Part shown: positions 1 to 8,418 of the stretch, in pieces
How the letters are laid out: every line of letters begins with the position of its first letter
Numbering within the stretch: position 1 is the first letter of the stretch
Virus record (IMG/VR): IMGVR_UViG_3300005529_000083
Location: 1 to 28,432 of that record
DNA length: 28,432 nucleotides
Source: a virus
Lineage: Duplodnaviria > Caudoviricetes
Direction: 5' to 3' (one strand)
Program-made: the position numbers and the translations under genes
The notes under the pieces: model-generated
Told to the model about the DNA's origin: nothing
Database searches by the model: none
What the model saw: the letters and a program-made list of their open reading frames with translations, nothing else

Positions 1-245
1 AAGGGGGCTCCGACAACCACTTGCGGACGTACCGTCTCTTCAATCGGGATGAGCTTGAACCGGCCGCGAGCTTGGTAAGTGAGAAGGTTCCCGTTCAGGT
101 CGGACTTGATCCGTCCCAAGGGCGAGAGTTGGTACGCTTCCAAGATGCCTTGCTCGACATCAACCCAAATCACTTTCGGGATGATTTTGTTCGTGTCTTG
201 GTCAAGGACTTGGAGACGCAACCCTTGTTGTTTGTAGAGACGCAT
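1..245 (-). CDS. hypothetical protein, partial (runs off window); MRLYKQQGLRLQVLDQDTNKIIPKVIWVDVEQG...
   Basis: Hand-translated: ATG at 245, AGGAG about 10 nt upstream, open to position 1; not in the ORF track. Confidence 0.7.
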   Translation of the reverse strand, partial: MRLYKQQGLRLQVLDQDTNKIIPKVIWVDVEQGILEAYQLSPLGRIKSDLNGNLLTYQARGRFKLIPIEETVRPQVVVGAP

Positions 246-421
246 AGATGTCTTGCTCCTAGAACGATTCGTCTTAGTTCCGCTGGGGTCTTAATCGAGC
301 GGAGATGCTGCTTTTGCTTCCGTACTCGTTTCTTATGGGCATGATCCTTGTCGGCTCGTTCGCGGGTATGTATCCGCCAGCTGTCCCGCCGGCAGTAGGT
401 TTCCCAGAGAAGGAATCTCAT
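170..421 (-). CDS. small basic hypothetical protein (83 aa)
   Basis: ATG at 421 overlaps the TGA of the tail tube gene (ATGA); K/R-rich; overlaps the next ORF by 76 nt. Confidence 0.35.
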   Translation of the reverse strand: MRFLLWETYCRRDSWRIHTRERADKDHAHKKRVRKQKQHLRSIKTPAELRRIVLGARHLCVSTNNKGCVSKSLTKTRTKSSRK

Positions 422-855
422 ACGCTCCCTGTGGGGTATTGGAAGGGGCCTTGATTCTTGCCCGAGCAAGTAAAGGTTACTTTCCCATGTACTTCACCGC
501 CGTTGGTCGAGGAACGGAGGCGGATATAGGTGAAGGCCCACAGGATATTATCGAGTCGGCTCGTATAGAACTGGACGGGGCCTAGGTCATCACGCGGGAA
601 CAAGCCGGGAGGAGAGCCGAAGGGGTCTGTTCCCGCGTCCCAATCCCCACCAAATTTGATTTCGGCTCCGAGTACTCCCATGATGCCTTCATCGAAGCTC
701 TGTTGTAGAGCTTGGTTCCACGACTCGAAGTTGACGGTCGGTAGGTCTTCCCCGCTAAGCGTTACTTCCCACGAAGCAAAGGTAAGCGGGGTATTGGCAA
801 CGATAACGCGGCTCGTTTTCGCTGAGCGCTGCTTACCAGTCCCGATGAGTTGCAT
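418..855 (-). CDS. probable tail tube (major tail) protein
   Basis: 145 aa; WEVT..., terminal 'GKVTFTCSGK' beta pattern typical of tube proteins; GGAG RBS; lies downstream of the tail terminator. Confidence 0.65.
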   Translation of the reverse strand: MQLIGTGKQRSAKTSRVIVANTPLTFASWEVTLSGEDLPTVNFESWNQALQQSFDEGIMGVLGAEIKFGGDWDAGTDPFGSPPGLFPRDDLGPVQFYTSRLDNILWAFTYIRLRSSTNGGEVHGKVTFTCSGKNQGPFQYPTGSV

Positions 856-877
856 TTGAGACTCTCCAAGTAGCTTA

Positions 878-1690
878 TCAGCTGGTTGCCGCGAACACGT
901 CGATTTCCACTGTTACCGCGTTTGCCGCATCCATGTTGAGAATTTTGACATTTTGATTCGTTGCCGAACAGAGAGAAAAGCCATTAGCGTTCGGGTCGAG
1001 GTACATATGAGCCCCACCCGTATAGATGTTGTACTGTCCTACGGGGATGAGCGGAACGGTTGCATTCGTGTATCCCGCTCCACCTGTTCCGGCAATAAAC
1101 GTTGTCGCGGTAATAACTCCGCTACCGTTCGTGGTACAAAGGAAGACGTTGCCGCTACCGCCGGCTTGCTGGGGAGAAGCCAGGAAGAAAGTCGAGAGCG
1201 GATAGCCCGAGCCGCCGGCCCCTACGGCAACTGCGGTAACTGCCCCACCACCGGTTGTCAAAGCAACCGTACCGCCAGAGCCTCCATTACCAAAGTCGAG
1301 AGTGGAGGGAACAGCCGGGCCGATGTTGGTAACGGTAACGGTCGAGGTTGCCGTGGGAACCGGGCTCAAGGTGGAATCGTCGGTCCCCGAAAGGAGACGA
1401 ATTTGCCAACCCTTGATGCGAGCAAGAGCCACTCCTGCCGTTTGCAGGAGGTTCGTCATGTTGTTGAGGTTGAGCGTGAAAGACCCGCCCGCAACAATTC
1501 CCTGTTGGAAGGAGAAAACTTCATCGCAACCGCCGGTAACAGTGTTCCCAACGTTGTTCCCGAGTAGTTGTGTCTTGGTAATCGTGGAGGCGTTATTCGT
1601 CGGCGAATAGACAATCCCCGTGAGCGAATTGGAAGCGCTCCATCCGAAGGTCGTAACCATTCGTCCGGTAAGGGTCGAGATGCCAGTCAT
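878..1690 (-). CDS. virion structural protein (Thr/Gly-rich, beta-rich)
   Basis: 270 aa, GGAG RBS, within the tail module; contains a VTAVAVGAGGSGY / ITAT..GGAGY Gly-rich insert. Confidence 0.7.
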   Translation of the reverse strand: MTGISTLTGRMVTTFGWSASNSLTGIVYSPTNNASTITKTQLLGNNVGNTVTGGCDEVFSFQQGIVAGGSFTLNLNNMTNLLQTAGVALARIKGWQIRLLSGTDDSTLSPVPTATSTVTVTNIGPAVPSTLDFGNGGSGGTVALTTGGGAVTAVAVGAGGSGYPLSTFFLASPQQAGGSGNVFLCTTNGSGVITATTFIAGTGGAGYTNATVPLIPVGQYNIYTGGAHMYLDPNANGFSLCSATNQNVKILNMDAANAVTVEIDVFAATS

Positions 1691-1717
1691 TGTTTGTTAC
1701 TCCGGGGTTAGACTGGC

Positions 1718-2128
1718 TTAGACGTGGAAGGTATGGGGTTTCTTTTTGGAGGCATCGTAGGGGATGCTATCGTAGTTGAGCGTGACACCGCCCTTGGCCG
1801 CGTCGATGTCCAGGTTGTAGGTGCCATCGGGGTTAATCCCCCGGACAACCGCTCGCCACGGCTTGTAGGGGCGGAGGAGAACCAGTCGTTTTCTCTCTTC
1901 TTGGGGGTTGGGGTGTCGTCCCAATAGCTCGAAGAACTCCTTACAGGTCTTGCTGTCCATCTCCTCTACCTGTTCCTCATACTCGTGTCGGCCGCTGGCT
2001 CCTACGGTTGAGCGGAGCTTCTTGAGACCGAGTACCCACGCAAAGTTGCGGCTCCCGTCCTGTTCGAGCGCATGGTGGATATGCGGAACGTATTTCACTT
2101 CATCGCCGATTTCAATTTTCTTGGCCAT
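1718..2128 (-). CDS. hypothetical protein with SH3/KOW-like motifs
   Basis: Start chosen at MAKKIEIGDEVKY (GAGGGG RBS); IGDEVKY...WRAVVRGINPDGTYNL. Confidence 0.7.
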   Translation of the reverse strand: MAKKIEIGDEVKYVPHIHHALEQDGSRNFAWVLGLKKLRSTVGASGRHEYEEQVEEMDSKTCKEFFELLGRHPNPQEERKRLVLLRPYKPWRAVVRGINPDGTYNLDIDAAKGGVTLNYDSIPYDASKKKPHTFHV

Positions 2129-2138
2129 TGTTGCCCCC

Positions 2139-2627
2139 TCAAGCGGTGGAGATAACACCGTGAATCATGACATCGTAGTGTAGCTCGCCCCGATACAACA
2201 GCTGACTCTTGCCCGTCCGAACCCCTTCCTCCTGTCCGCTCCACCAGCGAATCAAAAGAGCTTGAATCACATAGAAAGGATTGACGAGGGGTCCGCCAAG
2301 ATTGATGAGAGACCAGTTACTCGCTTGGGCGAGAAGAGCTTCAATCTGATTCATCACTGGGTCCAAACTCGCTCGACTCGTGGCGTAGACCTGAATCAAA
2401 ATCTCCCCTCTATCGTCGTAAGGGTCTTCCGTCGTCCATGTCCGCTGAAAGCCCGGTTCAACCATGATTAACTTTATAGCAGGCCAAATCGGCGGGATTG
2501 TTACCGCTTCGGGATTCAACGGATTACCGCTCGTGTCATAACGGGGAATCTCACCATCCCAAACCGTAATGTTCGGTATTTGGGATGTGAGGAAATTGAC
2601 AAACCCGGTTATGACTGGAGCCGGCAT
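2139..2627 (-). CDS. probable tail terminator / tail completion protein
   Basis: 162 aa; WDGEIP, WPAI, ILIQVYATSR, YRGELHYDV pattern; follows the gp10-like gene with TAATG overlap. Confidence 0.7.
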   Translation of the reverse strand: MPAPVITGFVNFLTSQIPNITVWDGEIPRYDTSGNPLNPEAVTIPPIWPAIKLIMVEPGFQRTWTTEDPYDDRGEILIQVYATSRASLDPVMNQIEALLAQASNWSLINLGGPLVNPFYVIQALLIRWWSGQEEGVRTGKSQLLYRGELHYDVMIHGVISTA

Positions 2628-3100
2628 TAAACCCCCTTGGTTACAGCGGACTTCACTTCCACACCGAGAATTCGGAGCACTTCGTTCCGATATTTGTGGT
2701 ACGTTGACATCATGAACGGATGCTTGCCACTCCCTTTCCCATGTCCCGGTTCCTCATGGTAGAGCGGGTAGGGAAAACCTCGTGGGTACTTCTTACTTGG
2801 CATCCCTAGCGCGGAAGCTCCAATTATGGCAAGGGTTTCACTTTGCATCTTGCTTGTAATCGACGTTCGCAAGCGGCCACTGAGCTTACGCGGCGGAGCC
2901 CCTTTGATGGCCGGAGTGGTTGCCCGGTAGTAGATTTCCCCGGCATGTCCGACTACCTTCTCTCGTGGAGCCGGGACGCTTAGCTCTTCTTTAATACGAG
3001 ACGTAAGGAAAATTCGAGCAGCGTTGAGCCCCTTTCCGGCCGCTCGTTTCACCTGTTCGGCTATTTTGGCCGCGATTTCTGCGGCGGTTTTCTTTGGCAT
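2627..3100 (-). CDS. HK97 gp10-like neck/tail component
   Basis: Basic 157 aa; GAPPRKLSGRLRTSI and Y..YHE...HPFM motifs; AGGAG RBS. Confidence 0.75.
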   Translation of the reverse strand: MPKKTAAEIAAKIAEQVKRAAGKGLNAARIFLTSRIKEELSVPAPREKVVGHAGEIYYRATTPAIKGAPPRKLSGRLRTSITSKMQSETLAIIGASALGMPSKKYPRGFPYPLYHEEPGHGKGSGKHPFMMSTYHKYRNEVLRILGVEVKSAVTKGV

Positions 3101-3234
3101 GGTGCCTCTCCTGCCCCCATCCTAGGTTGCAAGAGGCATTGCGGACAACAACTGAAGCGAGGGACAAACCTCCAGTGTTTCCAGCAGATAACCGGCCAGA
3201 ACTTCCACCAAGGGCGGGGAGGAATGTAGGTCAT
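3061..3234 (-). CDS. possible small Trp/Cys-rich protein (57 aa, MTYIPPRPWWKFW...)
   Basis: Hand-translated; fills the gap between flanking genes; weak RBS; overlaps next start by 40 nt. Confidence 0.3.
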   Translation of the reverse strand: MTYIPPRPWWKFWPVICWKHWRFVPRFSCCPQCLLQPRMGAGEAPCQRKPPQKSRPK

Positions 3235-3246
3235 TACATCTCGGGT

Positions 3247-3420
3247 TTAGACTTTGGGAGTACCGTTGTGAACGACTTTGATAGATAGGTCCGTTGTCCC
3301 TGTTCTTTCTGCAAGCTCAACAGCCATCTCGGCACTTTCTCTCGAAGCAAAGATGTAGAGCAAAACAATCTCCGTGCTCTCTTTTTCTCTCCCCCACACT
3401 TCATATTGTGGATACTTCAT
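3247..3420 (-). CDS. small hypothetical protein (57 aa)
   Basis: AAGGAG RBS before MKYPQYEVWG. Confidence 0.6.
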   Translation of the reverse strand: MKYPQYEVWGREKESTEIVLLYIFASRESAEMAVELAERTGTTDLSIKVVHNGTPKV

Positions 3421-3431
3421 TGCTCGGCTCC

Positions 3432-3779
3432 TTAACTGGGTTCGGGTATCCATTCTGCCTCAATCTGCCAAACGCGACCCCTCCCTACGGCCTGCGCCTG
3501 TCCTTTGATGAGGTAATAGAGTGTGCTCCCTGTGCGGTCTGTGGCAAGCAACAAGTCGTTAACTTGGGCTCCGGGGTCTTGTGGAAAGTAGATGGTGGTA
3601 TTCACAACCGAGTTGCGCTGAGCGTATAGCTGAATGACGTTGAGCCCCGCTTGTTGGACAGAACAGGGTAAGTTGCTAATGATGGTGACAAAGGTTTGAG
3701 TCACCCCCTCCGAGCTATCCCGGCCTATCTGGGGGCGTTGAATCAGGCAGGTTGATTCCATCATCGTGTAGAGTGACAT
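3432..3779 (-). CDS. head closure / head-tail adaptor protein
   Basis: 115 aa; CLIQRP..RDSSEG, LPCSVQQ, IYF..DP...NDLL pattern; GGAGG RBS; position after connector. Confidence 0.75.
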   Translation of the reverse strand: MSLYTMMESTCLIQRPQIGRDSSEGVTQTFVTIISNLPCSVQQAGLNVIQLYAQRNSVVNTTIYFPQDPGAQVNDLLLATDRTGSTLYYLIKGQAQAVGRGRVWQIEAEWIPEPS

Positions 3780-3960
3780 GGCTTGCTTCCTCCTTCAGCT
3801 TGGCCAAGCGCTTCTCGGCTTTCTCGCGGGTCTTGAAGACCTTCCCGGTTGAGAGCCAGGCTCCCCCCTTATTCCAGAACTCCCAAGTGAGGGGAGAGGT
3901 AATGGTCTCTCGATGAGTTCGACCGATGGCGAAGCCTTTACCGCAATTAAATATCATCAT
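3715..3960 (-). CDS. hypothetical protein
   Basis: 81 aa ORF tightly packed between neighbours. Confidence 0.55.
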   Translation of the reverse strand: MMIFNCGKGFAIGRTHRETITSPLTWEFWNKGGAWLSTGKVFKTREKAEKRLAKLKEEASHVTLHDDGINLPDSTPPDRPG

Positions 3961-3961
3961 C

Positions 3962-4273
3962 TTAGGATACCCACATAGTACGCCAAAAGACCCTTTCCCC
4001 GTTCCGCATCAGGTAGATGCCACCGATGGCGTTGAGTGCGTGAACGATATGCGTATAGGAGTACCACTTATCCCCCGGTTCCGGTCGAGCTTCTTCGATA
4101 AGATTGTTTGCGGACTCATGTATCTGTTTTTCCCACAGAGCCGCGTATTCGGGGTCTGTTCCCTGTAGAGACTCGCGTACTGACTGGTGTTGCTCCAGCA
4201 AGTAAGCGAGAGGAGACTCAATCTCTTTTTCTTCGTGAAACGGGTAAAACGGAGAACTCACGGTGTCCCCCAC
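3962..4273 (-). CDS. hypothetical protein
   Basis: 103 aa ORF overlapping the connector stop codon. Confidence 0.6.
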   Translation of the reverse strand: MGDTVSSPFYPFHEEKEIESPLAYLLEQHQSVRESLQGTDPEYAALWEKQIHESANNLIEEARPEPGDKWYSYTHIVHALNAIGGIYLMRNGERVFWRTMWVS

Positions 4274-5208
4274 GAGGATTCTCGATAGGGAGCCAGGGTT
4301 CGAGCGATGGAACCAAGCTCGGGTACGTCAGTCTGATTGAGATTGAGAATGTGGTAGCTATAAGCCCCGAGCGTTTCGCTTTCGAGGGGTCCGCCAGAAG
4401 GCATGTTGCGAACCATGTAAGCTACCAGCATCGAACAGGCGTATTGAATATCGAAAGGAACGGGGTTGTAGCCCGCGCTATACGCCACTTTGATATTGCC
4501 GTCTCCGCGTGTCCAGCTGGGGAGCCGATGAGCCGAGAGCTTACCGGAGAATAGGTCTTGTGAGTAGAAGCCGACGAAAGCGGCTCCTTGTCCGCCAATG
4601 CGGCGGATTAGGCCCCGGTGGGAGACATTCGGTCCCTTGTCCACTACCACCATGTACTGGGTTCCCATTACCAGTTGGGTTCCCGTAGCGAAAGCATTTG
4701 GAGCTTGTCCCGATTGAGCTTGCGGGTCATACCAGACAACGGGAGTGAAGACCGCGTTGAGATTTGGTTGCATCGACATTGTACCGCTACCGCCGCTGCA
4801 ACCTAGGAAGCTTGTTGGGGTCGTACTGGTGTAAGTTACCGTTGTATAAGTGTTGATTCCTGTCTGAATGCTGATGGTGGGAGGTTGAGCGTTGGGATTG
4901 CCAAAAGTCCCTCCACAAAAGCCGGCTGTCGAGTTGACGTTGATAGTCGCTTGGGGGAGAGCCAGTCCATCCGAGCCGGCTGCAATCTGCGTTTGTGCCG
5001 CAAGGACCGGGAATTGCCGGCAAATGATGTCCCGTTGTGTGTTCCCGTTGTGGTATTCGATGTAAGAGGTTAGTTCAATATCTCGCTTGAGATAGGTTTT
5101 AATCGCTTGAGAGGCAGCGCCGATGAGGGTATTGAGCCAGGCGACGGGAGCCGCTGCTTGGTTACTCATCCCCACAATGGCTTGTACTTGCACTATGTCG
5201 GTAAGCAT
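4258..5208 (-). CDS. head-tail connector (HK97 gp6/SPP1 gp15-like) with internal insertion
   Basis: LI.AASQAIKTYL.R, NIKVAYSAGY..VPFDIQYAC, SETLGAYSY, LAPYR motifs; 316 aa, longer than the core family. Confidence 0.85.
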   Translation of the reverse strand: MLTDIVQVQAIVGMSNQAAAPVAWLNTLIGAASQAIKTYLKRDIELTSYIEYHNGNTQRDIICRQFPVLAAQTQIAAGSDGLALPQATINVNSTAGFCGGTFGNPNAQPPTISIQTGINTYTTVTYTSTTPTSFLGCSGGSGTMSMQPNLNAVFTPVVWYDPQAQSGQAPNAFATGTQLVMGTQYMVVVDKGPNVSHRGLIRRIGGQGAAFVGFYSQDLFSGKLSAHRLPSWTRGDGNIKVAYSAGYNPVPFDIQYACSMLVAYMVRNMPSGGPLESETLGAYSYHILNLNQTDVPELGSIARTLAPYRESSWGTP

Positions 5209-5229
5209 GGGCTTGTACCTGCAAGAGGG

Positions 5230-5262
5230 TAAAGTAAACCCTCCGTTTTTTAGGCGGAGGGT
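5230..5262 (-). terminator. possible intrinsic terminator
   Basis: ACCCTCCG/CGGAGGGT 8-bp inverted repeat followed by TTACTTT on the minus strand. Confidence 0.5.
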
Positions 5263-5294
5263 CGTCTTCCCAAACTAGGAAGTAGCAGTTACCC

Positions 5295-5906
5295 TCAACA
5301 CCCGCCACCGCCCCGCCGCATCCCACCACTAAAAACCGGAGCCGGGGCAAAAGCCGGACGGAAGGTTAAAGGTTGGGGGATGGAAGCAAAAGGGGTCGTC
5401 TTTATCTTTCGACTCCGCCACTCCTTCACAGCGGCGAGCGCTCGACTTTCGGTAATCGGGCCATAGAAGCTCGCAATCTGTTCGAGCCCCTCGACTCCTT
5501 CGGCTCGACAACCGAGAACCACTCCGGGCTCGGGATGGTCGGGGAGATTGTCAGTTGCACAAGTGATGAAGCCTTCGAGCGGAATAACCGACGTGTTGAC
5601 GAAGACGGCAAGAGGCTTACCCGTCTGCATCGCTTCCTTCCATCCCTGGCGGTAAGTGAGAGGAGGAACAGCCGTACAGGCCGAACAAGTACAGGTTCCT
5701 GGCGAGCAAATACAGTCCTGTGGCCCCGTACAGTTGCAAGCGACCTTGGGGCCGTTGTTGGGGGAGAACGGGTCTGTAGGAGCCATAGGGACGCTCGCAA
5801 GGGCTAAAGCGACCCGAGCCCTTACCGAAGGATCGGTAGCTTTGGCTCGAAGGAGAAAGGCCCCGAAGAGCCAGAGGGCGAGAGCGAAGAAGAGGAGCTT
5901 ACGCAT
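5295..5906 (-). CDS. secreted Cys-rich protein with a thioredoxin-like segment
   Basis: Start at MRKLLFFALALWLFG (signal peptide); CNCTGPQDCICSPGTCTCSAC; Y..GW.EA..TGKPLAVFV; ends GGGGC. Confidence 0.7.
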   Translation of the reverse strand: MRKLLFFALALWLFGAFLLRAKATDPSVRARVALALASVPMAPTDPFSPNNGPKVACNCTGPQDCICSPGTCTCSACTAVPPLTYRQGWKEAMQTGKPLAVFVNTSVIPLEGFITCATDNLPDHPEPGVVLGCRAEGVEGLEQIASFYGPITESRALAAVKEWRSRKIKTTPFASIPQPLTFRPAFAPAPVFSGGMRRGGGGC

Positions 5907-5938
5907 GGCCAACCTTTCGGTAAGGGACGGGGAGGAAA

Positions 5939-6115
5939 CTAGGCGACCGGGGGCGTTGGTGTCGGGAACAGGTTCGGAAACATCCGTTGCAGGATGGTCA
6001 AGAAGACCGGCCCGAACTCTTGCAACAGCTGAAGAAGCGTCGGTAGACCGATACCCGTTGCTTCTGCAACCTTCTTCACCTGTGAATGCTGGTCCTGTGA
6101 GACTTGAAATGGCAT
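5939..6115 (-). CDS. small amphipathic protein (58 aa, MPFQVSQDQHSQVKKVAEATGIGLPTLLQLLQEFGPVFLTILQRMFP...)
   Basis: Hand-translated; AAGGAG RBS; below ORF-track cutoff. Confidence 0.75.
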   Translation of the reverse strand: MPFQVSQDQHSQVKKVAEATGIGLPTLLQLLQEFGPVFLTILQRMFPNLFPTPTPPVA

Positions 6116-6145
6116 GGAAAAACTCCTTTAGGGTTTGAAAGAACC

Positions 6146-6322
6146 TTACGGCTTGGTGGAATGCGGCAGCTTGGACTTCGCCCACGAGAGGAAGTCGTTG
6201 ACGGCGGAAACGGTGTGAGCAACAACGAGCTTACCCAACGTCTCCATGTCCATACCGACTTGCTTGGCCGCGTCCACCACATCTTGAGGAACGCCACACT
6301 TCACGAGATGCTGTTCGTTCAT
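6146..6322 (-). CDS. small helical protein (58 aa, MNEQHLVKCGVPQDVVDAAKQVGMDMETLGKLVV...)
   Basis: Hand-translated; AAGGAG RBS; below ORF-track cutoff. Confidence 0.75.
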   Translation of the reverse strand: MNEQHLVKCGVPQDVVDAAKQVGMDMETLGKLVVAHTVSAVNDFLSWAKSKLPHSTKP

Positions 6323-6333
6323 TGCAAAACTCC

Positions 6334-6576
6334 TTACTTGGGATAGGCGAGCTTCAAATAGTCCATAAACTTAGCGAGTGTTTGTTGGTCGGCGAATTGC
6401 CAGAAGGCTTTTTCCGCCATGAGAATTTGTTTCCCTTGATCCGTTTGCCCTTCAGAAGATTGGTACTTACCGGATAACATTTCGTCGGAGCGCTTGAGCA
6501 AGTAAGCTCGAATCTCTTCCGGGCTCATTGACCGGGGAGGAACGTTCGTTGAAACGCTAGGTGTTATACTATCCAT
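6334..6576 (-). CDS. hypothetical protein (80 aa)
   Basis: Starts 1 nt after the peptidase stop; same strand. Confidence 0.65.
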   Translation of the reverse strand: MDSITPSVSTNVPPRSMSPEEIRAYLLKRSDEMLSGKYQSSEGQTDQGKQILMAEKAFWQFADQQTLAKFMDYLKLAYPK

Positions 6577-6577
6577 C

Positions 6578-7531
6578 TCAGACGTACCAGTCTAGGACTT
6601 TGGGTTGAGCGGGAAACCAAGATAAATGAGATAACGCATAAACTTCCGCATCAAGGCGGAAAGCGGCGGTTACTTTGGCTTCTGTTACCCAACAACCACA
6701 GACAGGACCACCCGCTGGATCACTCGGGTAGGTGTTACCCGGCCAGTTGTTTTGTACCCAGTAGAGCGGGCCAAGGGTCGGGTTCTGCCAATAGGCATGT
6801 ACAGACTGTTGATGTCCACCGCTACCGTCCCAGTAACCTACTACTGCCGCATCCGCACCACTTCCCTGAAGGGAAGCATGGCCGATATAGTTATCACAGG
6901 CAAAGGTACAGGGATAGCCGTTGAGGATGGCCGCTTTGATACCCGCCACATCCTGAATCGGAGCCGCTGCCCCTACAGGATGGAGCTTGGCCGTGGCATC
7001 ATAAGCAGTAACAAGCCGAGAGTTGCCATCGCTCCACGACATCTCTAGCTGATTCGTAAGGACCAACCCATCGTTATTCTGAAACGTGGGGAGTCCTTGT
7101 TCCGCTGACGAGAGAACGCCGTTCTTTACCACCGTATCGGCGAAGGAGCTACCCATTGCCCCCTCACCTTGTCCTCTATCTCCTTCATTCGCTCTACATT
7201 TGCCATAATCATACGGCCAGAAGGGGAGGAAAGCCACCGTGGGATTGTCGGCGAGCAAGCGCTGATTGGCAATGAGCGTGAAGAGAGCCTGTCCGCCCCC
7301 TGCACCGACACAAGAGCCCGTCAGCTGATGGAAACGAGGGAAGACAAAACCCACGTCTGCTACCACGTCGGGATGCTTCCATGCCTCATAGAGACAAACC
7401 TTGGTCCCGTTGCTTACGTTCTCGGGAGGTAGGGCGAAGCGAACCATCCGGGCTTCTGCTGCCGCATGGGCAGTCTGTTGTACCGGAGTCCGGTCCTGTT
7501 TGCGGATGAAACCGAGAGGAGGAGTCGCCAT
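6578..7531 (-). CDS. papain-like (C1 family) cysteine peptidase
   Basis: Q..GSCVG (Cys), GGHQQSV..Y (His), WVQNNWP (Asn), AAILNGYP; TAATG overlap with upstream gene. Confidence 0.85.
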   Translation of the reverse strand: MATPPLGFIRKQDRTPVQQTAHAAAEARMVRFALPPENVSNGTKVCLYEAWKHPDVVADVGFVFPRFHQLTGSCVGAGGGQALFTLIANQRLLADNPTVAFLPFWPYDYGKCRANEGDRGQGEGAMGSSFADTVVKNGVLSSAEQGLPTFQNNDGLVLTNQLEMSWSDGNSRLVTAYDATAKLHPVGAAAPIQDVAGIKAAILNGYPCTFACDNYIGHASLQGSGADAAVVGYWDGSGGHQQSVHAYWQNPTLGPLYWVQNNWPGNTYPSDPAGGPVCGCWVTEAKVTAAFRLDAEVYALSHLSWFPAQPKVLDWYV

Positions 7532-8418
7532 TACTTCACCTTGGCAAGGGCCTGTGAGATCTTGGTTAGTTCGGTTACTAACTTCGTTGCATCGACGGGA
7601 GCCGAAGGACTACTAGAGAAGGTGTTGGTAAGCTCCGTTGCCAGTAGCTTACGCACGCCGACAAGCTGCGTTGCCGTCAGACCAACACTTGGGGTATCAA
7701 TGGCCGCTTTCAAGGCGTTGAACAGGTCTTGATTGATCTTAATACCAAGCGTGGGAGCCTTCGTGGCAAGCCCCGCATAGATTAGCTGGAGGAAAGAGAG
7801 GGAAGCGGCTTTATCGGCCCCCGTATCGGCCGTGTACGCCGCTTGAAGGGCGATTGTAAGAGGGTCCGTTGGAGCCGGAGGGTTCGGCGGATTTGGAGGG
7901 GTACTCCCTCCGTTCACAACAAGGGTTCGACGAATAACATCCCCGTTCCCCTTGGCTCCCGAAGGAATAATAATCAAGTCCACGGTGCCGGAAGAGGTAG
8001 CGCTCGCCGCTTCGAGCAAGTAAAGGTACTTGCCGTTAAAAGTTCGTGTCTCACACTTGCCCCCTCCCTCGACAAACTTGCCGCGAATCTTCATCGGGCC
8101 GGTATCGGTCGTCATCTTCAACGTGGTCGAGGGGGAAGTGAGCACGATACAGGGCACATCGGCATCAATGACATAGATTTCCTCTCCATTCAGGGGGGTT
8201 GTTGCTGAAGGAAGAGGAGTTGGAGGAGGGGGAGGAGTCGGCTCCACGGGGATTCGCACGGGCGGTTGCGGCGGAGGGACGGGAGCGGGTGGAGTCGGGT
8301 CTTGACGGGGCTCCGCTGCATAAACAGTTGCCTCTTTAACCCCTCCGGTTGTTAGAGGAGCAAGAAGAAGAGGAATACCAAGGACAAAAGCTCCGAATAC
8401 GCCAGCAATTTTAGACAT
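7531..8418 (-). CDS. exported/membrane-anchored proline-rich protein
   Basis: Start at MSKIAGVFGAFVLGIPLLLAP (AGGAG RBS); PTPPAPVPP and PPNPPNPP linkers separate a beta domain and a helical domain. Confidence 0.75.
   Translation of the reverse strand: MSKIAGVFGAFVLGIPLLLAPLTTGGVKEATVYAAEPRQDPTPPAPVPPPQPPVRIPVEPTPPPPPTPLPSATTPLNGEEIYVIDADVPCIVLTSPSTTLKMTTDTGPMKIRGKFVEGGGKCETRTFNGKYLYLLEAASATSSGTVDLIIIPSGAKGNGDVIRRTLVVNGGSTPPNPPNPPAPTDPLTIALQAAYTADTGADKAASLSFLQLIYAGLATKAPTLGIKINQDLFNALKAAIDTPSVGLTATQLVGVRKLLATELTNTFSSSPSAPVDATKLVTELTKISQALAKVK

Noticed and set aside
1-421. Tail assembly chaperone frameshift pair after the tail tube gene
   Set aside because: No XXXYYYZ slippery site seen in the overlap, and the downstream ORF has its own RBS and ATG
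5907-6185. N-terminal extension of the 296-aa ORF
   Set aside because: Region is better explained by two 58-aa genes with strong RBSs; the signal peptide starts at 5906
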